Shown: positions 63,032-64,000 of the stretch, piece after piece
Numbering within the stretch: position 1 is the first letter of the stretch
Layout: each line of letters opens with the position of its first letter
Origin: Longimicrobiales bacterium
GTDB lineage: Bacteria > Gemmatimonadota > Gemmatimonadetes > Longimicrobiales > Gaopeijiaceae
Assembly (NCBI GenBank): GCA_965238005.1
Contig: OZ250165.1
Coordinates: 96,001-160,000 of the forward strand
Reading direction: 5' to 3'
DNA: 64,000 nucleotides
The notes under the pieces: generated by a model
What the model was told of the DNA's origin: nothing
The model's database searches: none
Seen by the model: only the letters and a program-made list of their open reading frames with translations
Position numbers and translations under genes: made by a program

Positions 63032-64000
63032 GTCGCGGTGCCTGGGAGGGTAGGGTCCGCGGCGCCGTGGGACCGTACGTCGAGAAGGTGGGCCTCAACG
63101 CGGCGCCGACCGCGGAACACACCGAGCTTGAGCTTGAAGGTCAGGTCCAGGGGGCCGGTTTCCAGGGATTCGGGAGGGATGCGGTTCACGAGGCCGAAGC
63201 CGATGGCATCGAGAGAATGCCCCGACTGCGTGAGCCTGAGCTTGAGATGGCCCTTACCGACCTCTCGCGGGGGGCTCGCCAGCTCGACGTCGCGGGAGAT
63301 GAAGACGGGAGACGGATTCCCGATCCCGAAAGGTCCGAAGTACGTGAGGAAATGGGCGAGCCGCTCGGTGGCCTCCGACAGCCGGAGCTCGAGCTCCGGT
63401 TTGATCGTCGGGCGTGGCTGGCGGCCTCCCAAGCGATCACGAGCCTCCGCGTTGAAGGCGTGCCTGAAGTCCTCCACTCGCTCCGGTGCCACATCCATCC
63501 CCGCCGCAGCACGGTGCCCCCCAAAACGGTCCAGATGCTCCCGGCATGCGTGTACGGCTCCGTAGAGGTCGAAGCCTGGAATGGATCGGGCGCTCCCCTG
63601 CCCTCGCCCGTCCCGGAGGGCGACCAGGACGGTGGGCCGGTGGATGCGCTCGACGATTCGTGACGCGACTATGCCGATGACGCCCGGGTGCCATCCCTCG
63701 CCCTCCAAGACCACGCCGAAGTCCCGCTCGGGTCGATAGCTGCTGCTCAGCCCCTCCAACGCCTCTCGGAGAGTCCTGGCCTCCTCGTCACGCCGGTCGG
63801 CGTTGTCGCCTTCGAGCCGGTCGGCGAGCTCCTCGGCCCGCACGAGATCCTCTGTCATGAGCAGATCCAGCGCGGTCATGGCTTCCGCCATGCGCCCGGC
63901 GGCGTTGATGCGTGGTGCGAGCCTGAAGGCCACCTGGCCGGCTTCGACAGGTCCGGCCCCCAACCCGGCCCGCTTCATGAGGGCCCGCAGCCCGGGAAGC
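63028..64000 (-). CDS. recJ: ssDNA exonuclease RecJ (5' part outside window)
   Basis: APRINAAGR, WHPGVIGIVASR, GSARS, FGGHRAAAG, PFGIGNP. Confidence 0.93.
   Translation of the reverse strand, partial: LPGLRALMKRAGLGAGPVEAGQVAFRLAPRINAAGRMAEAMTALDLLMTEDLVRAEELADRLEGDNADRRDEEARTLREALEGLSSSYRPERDFGVVLEGEGWHPGVIGIVASRIVERIHRPTVLVALRDGRGQGSARSIPGFDLYGAVHACREHLDRFGGHRAAAGMDVAPERVEDFRHAFNAEARDRLGGRQPRPTIKPELELRLSEATERLAHFLTYFGPFGIGNPSPVFISRDVELASPPREVGKGHLKLRLTQSGHSLDAIGFGLVNRIPPESLETGPLDLTFKLKLGVFRGRRRVEAHLLDVRSHGAADPTLPGTAT

Overview
High-GC bacterial chromosome segment; gene order and protein styles suggest Gemmatimonadota (inference). Positions ~1-16.2 kb form an accessory, mosaic block. It holds a Tat-like FAD oxidoreductase, a 2-oxoacid:ferredoxin oxidoreductase pair, an OsmC/flavoprotein module split by a clean IS1182-family insertion, and several gene remnants. 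It also carries a lipoprotein ceramidase coupled to beta-barrel genes, a truncated methyltransferase, small ORFs separated by a 27-bp three-copy motif, and a haloalkane dehalogenase. The block ends at the 5' half of a tRNA-Val(TAC) broken exactly at the anticodon loop. Positions ~16.3-64 kb are mostly minus-strand housekeeping genes: ileS, divIVA, exbBD/tonB, cdaA, ftsH, hpt, tilS, eno, thiL, nnr, glyA, a Rex-operator-led ldh/acyl-CoA cluster, rsmA, RsbU/W/V-like genes, pta, coaD, rsmD and recJ. Best candidates for undescribed biology: (1) a tandem DnaA-like AAA+ protein with no DNA-binding domain, clustered with DUF4388-TPR, HExxH peptidase and sigma54-activator genes; (2) two families of structured CTAG-targeting MITE-like elements sharing an internal hairpin module; (3) the split tRNA and repeat-punctuated ORF array. 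No database searches were run; family calls come from recognised motifs.
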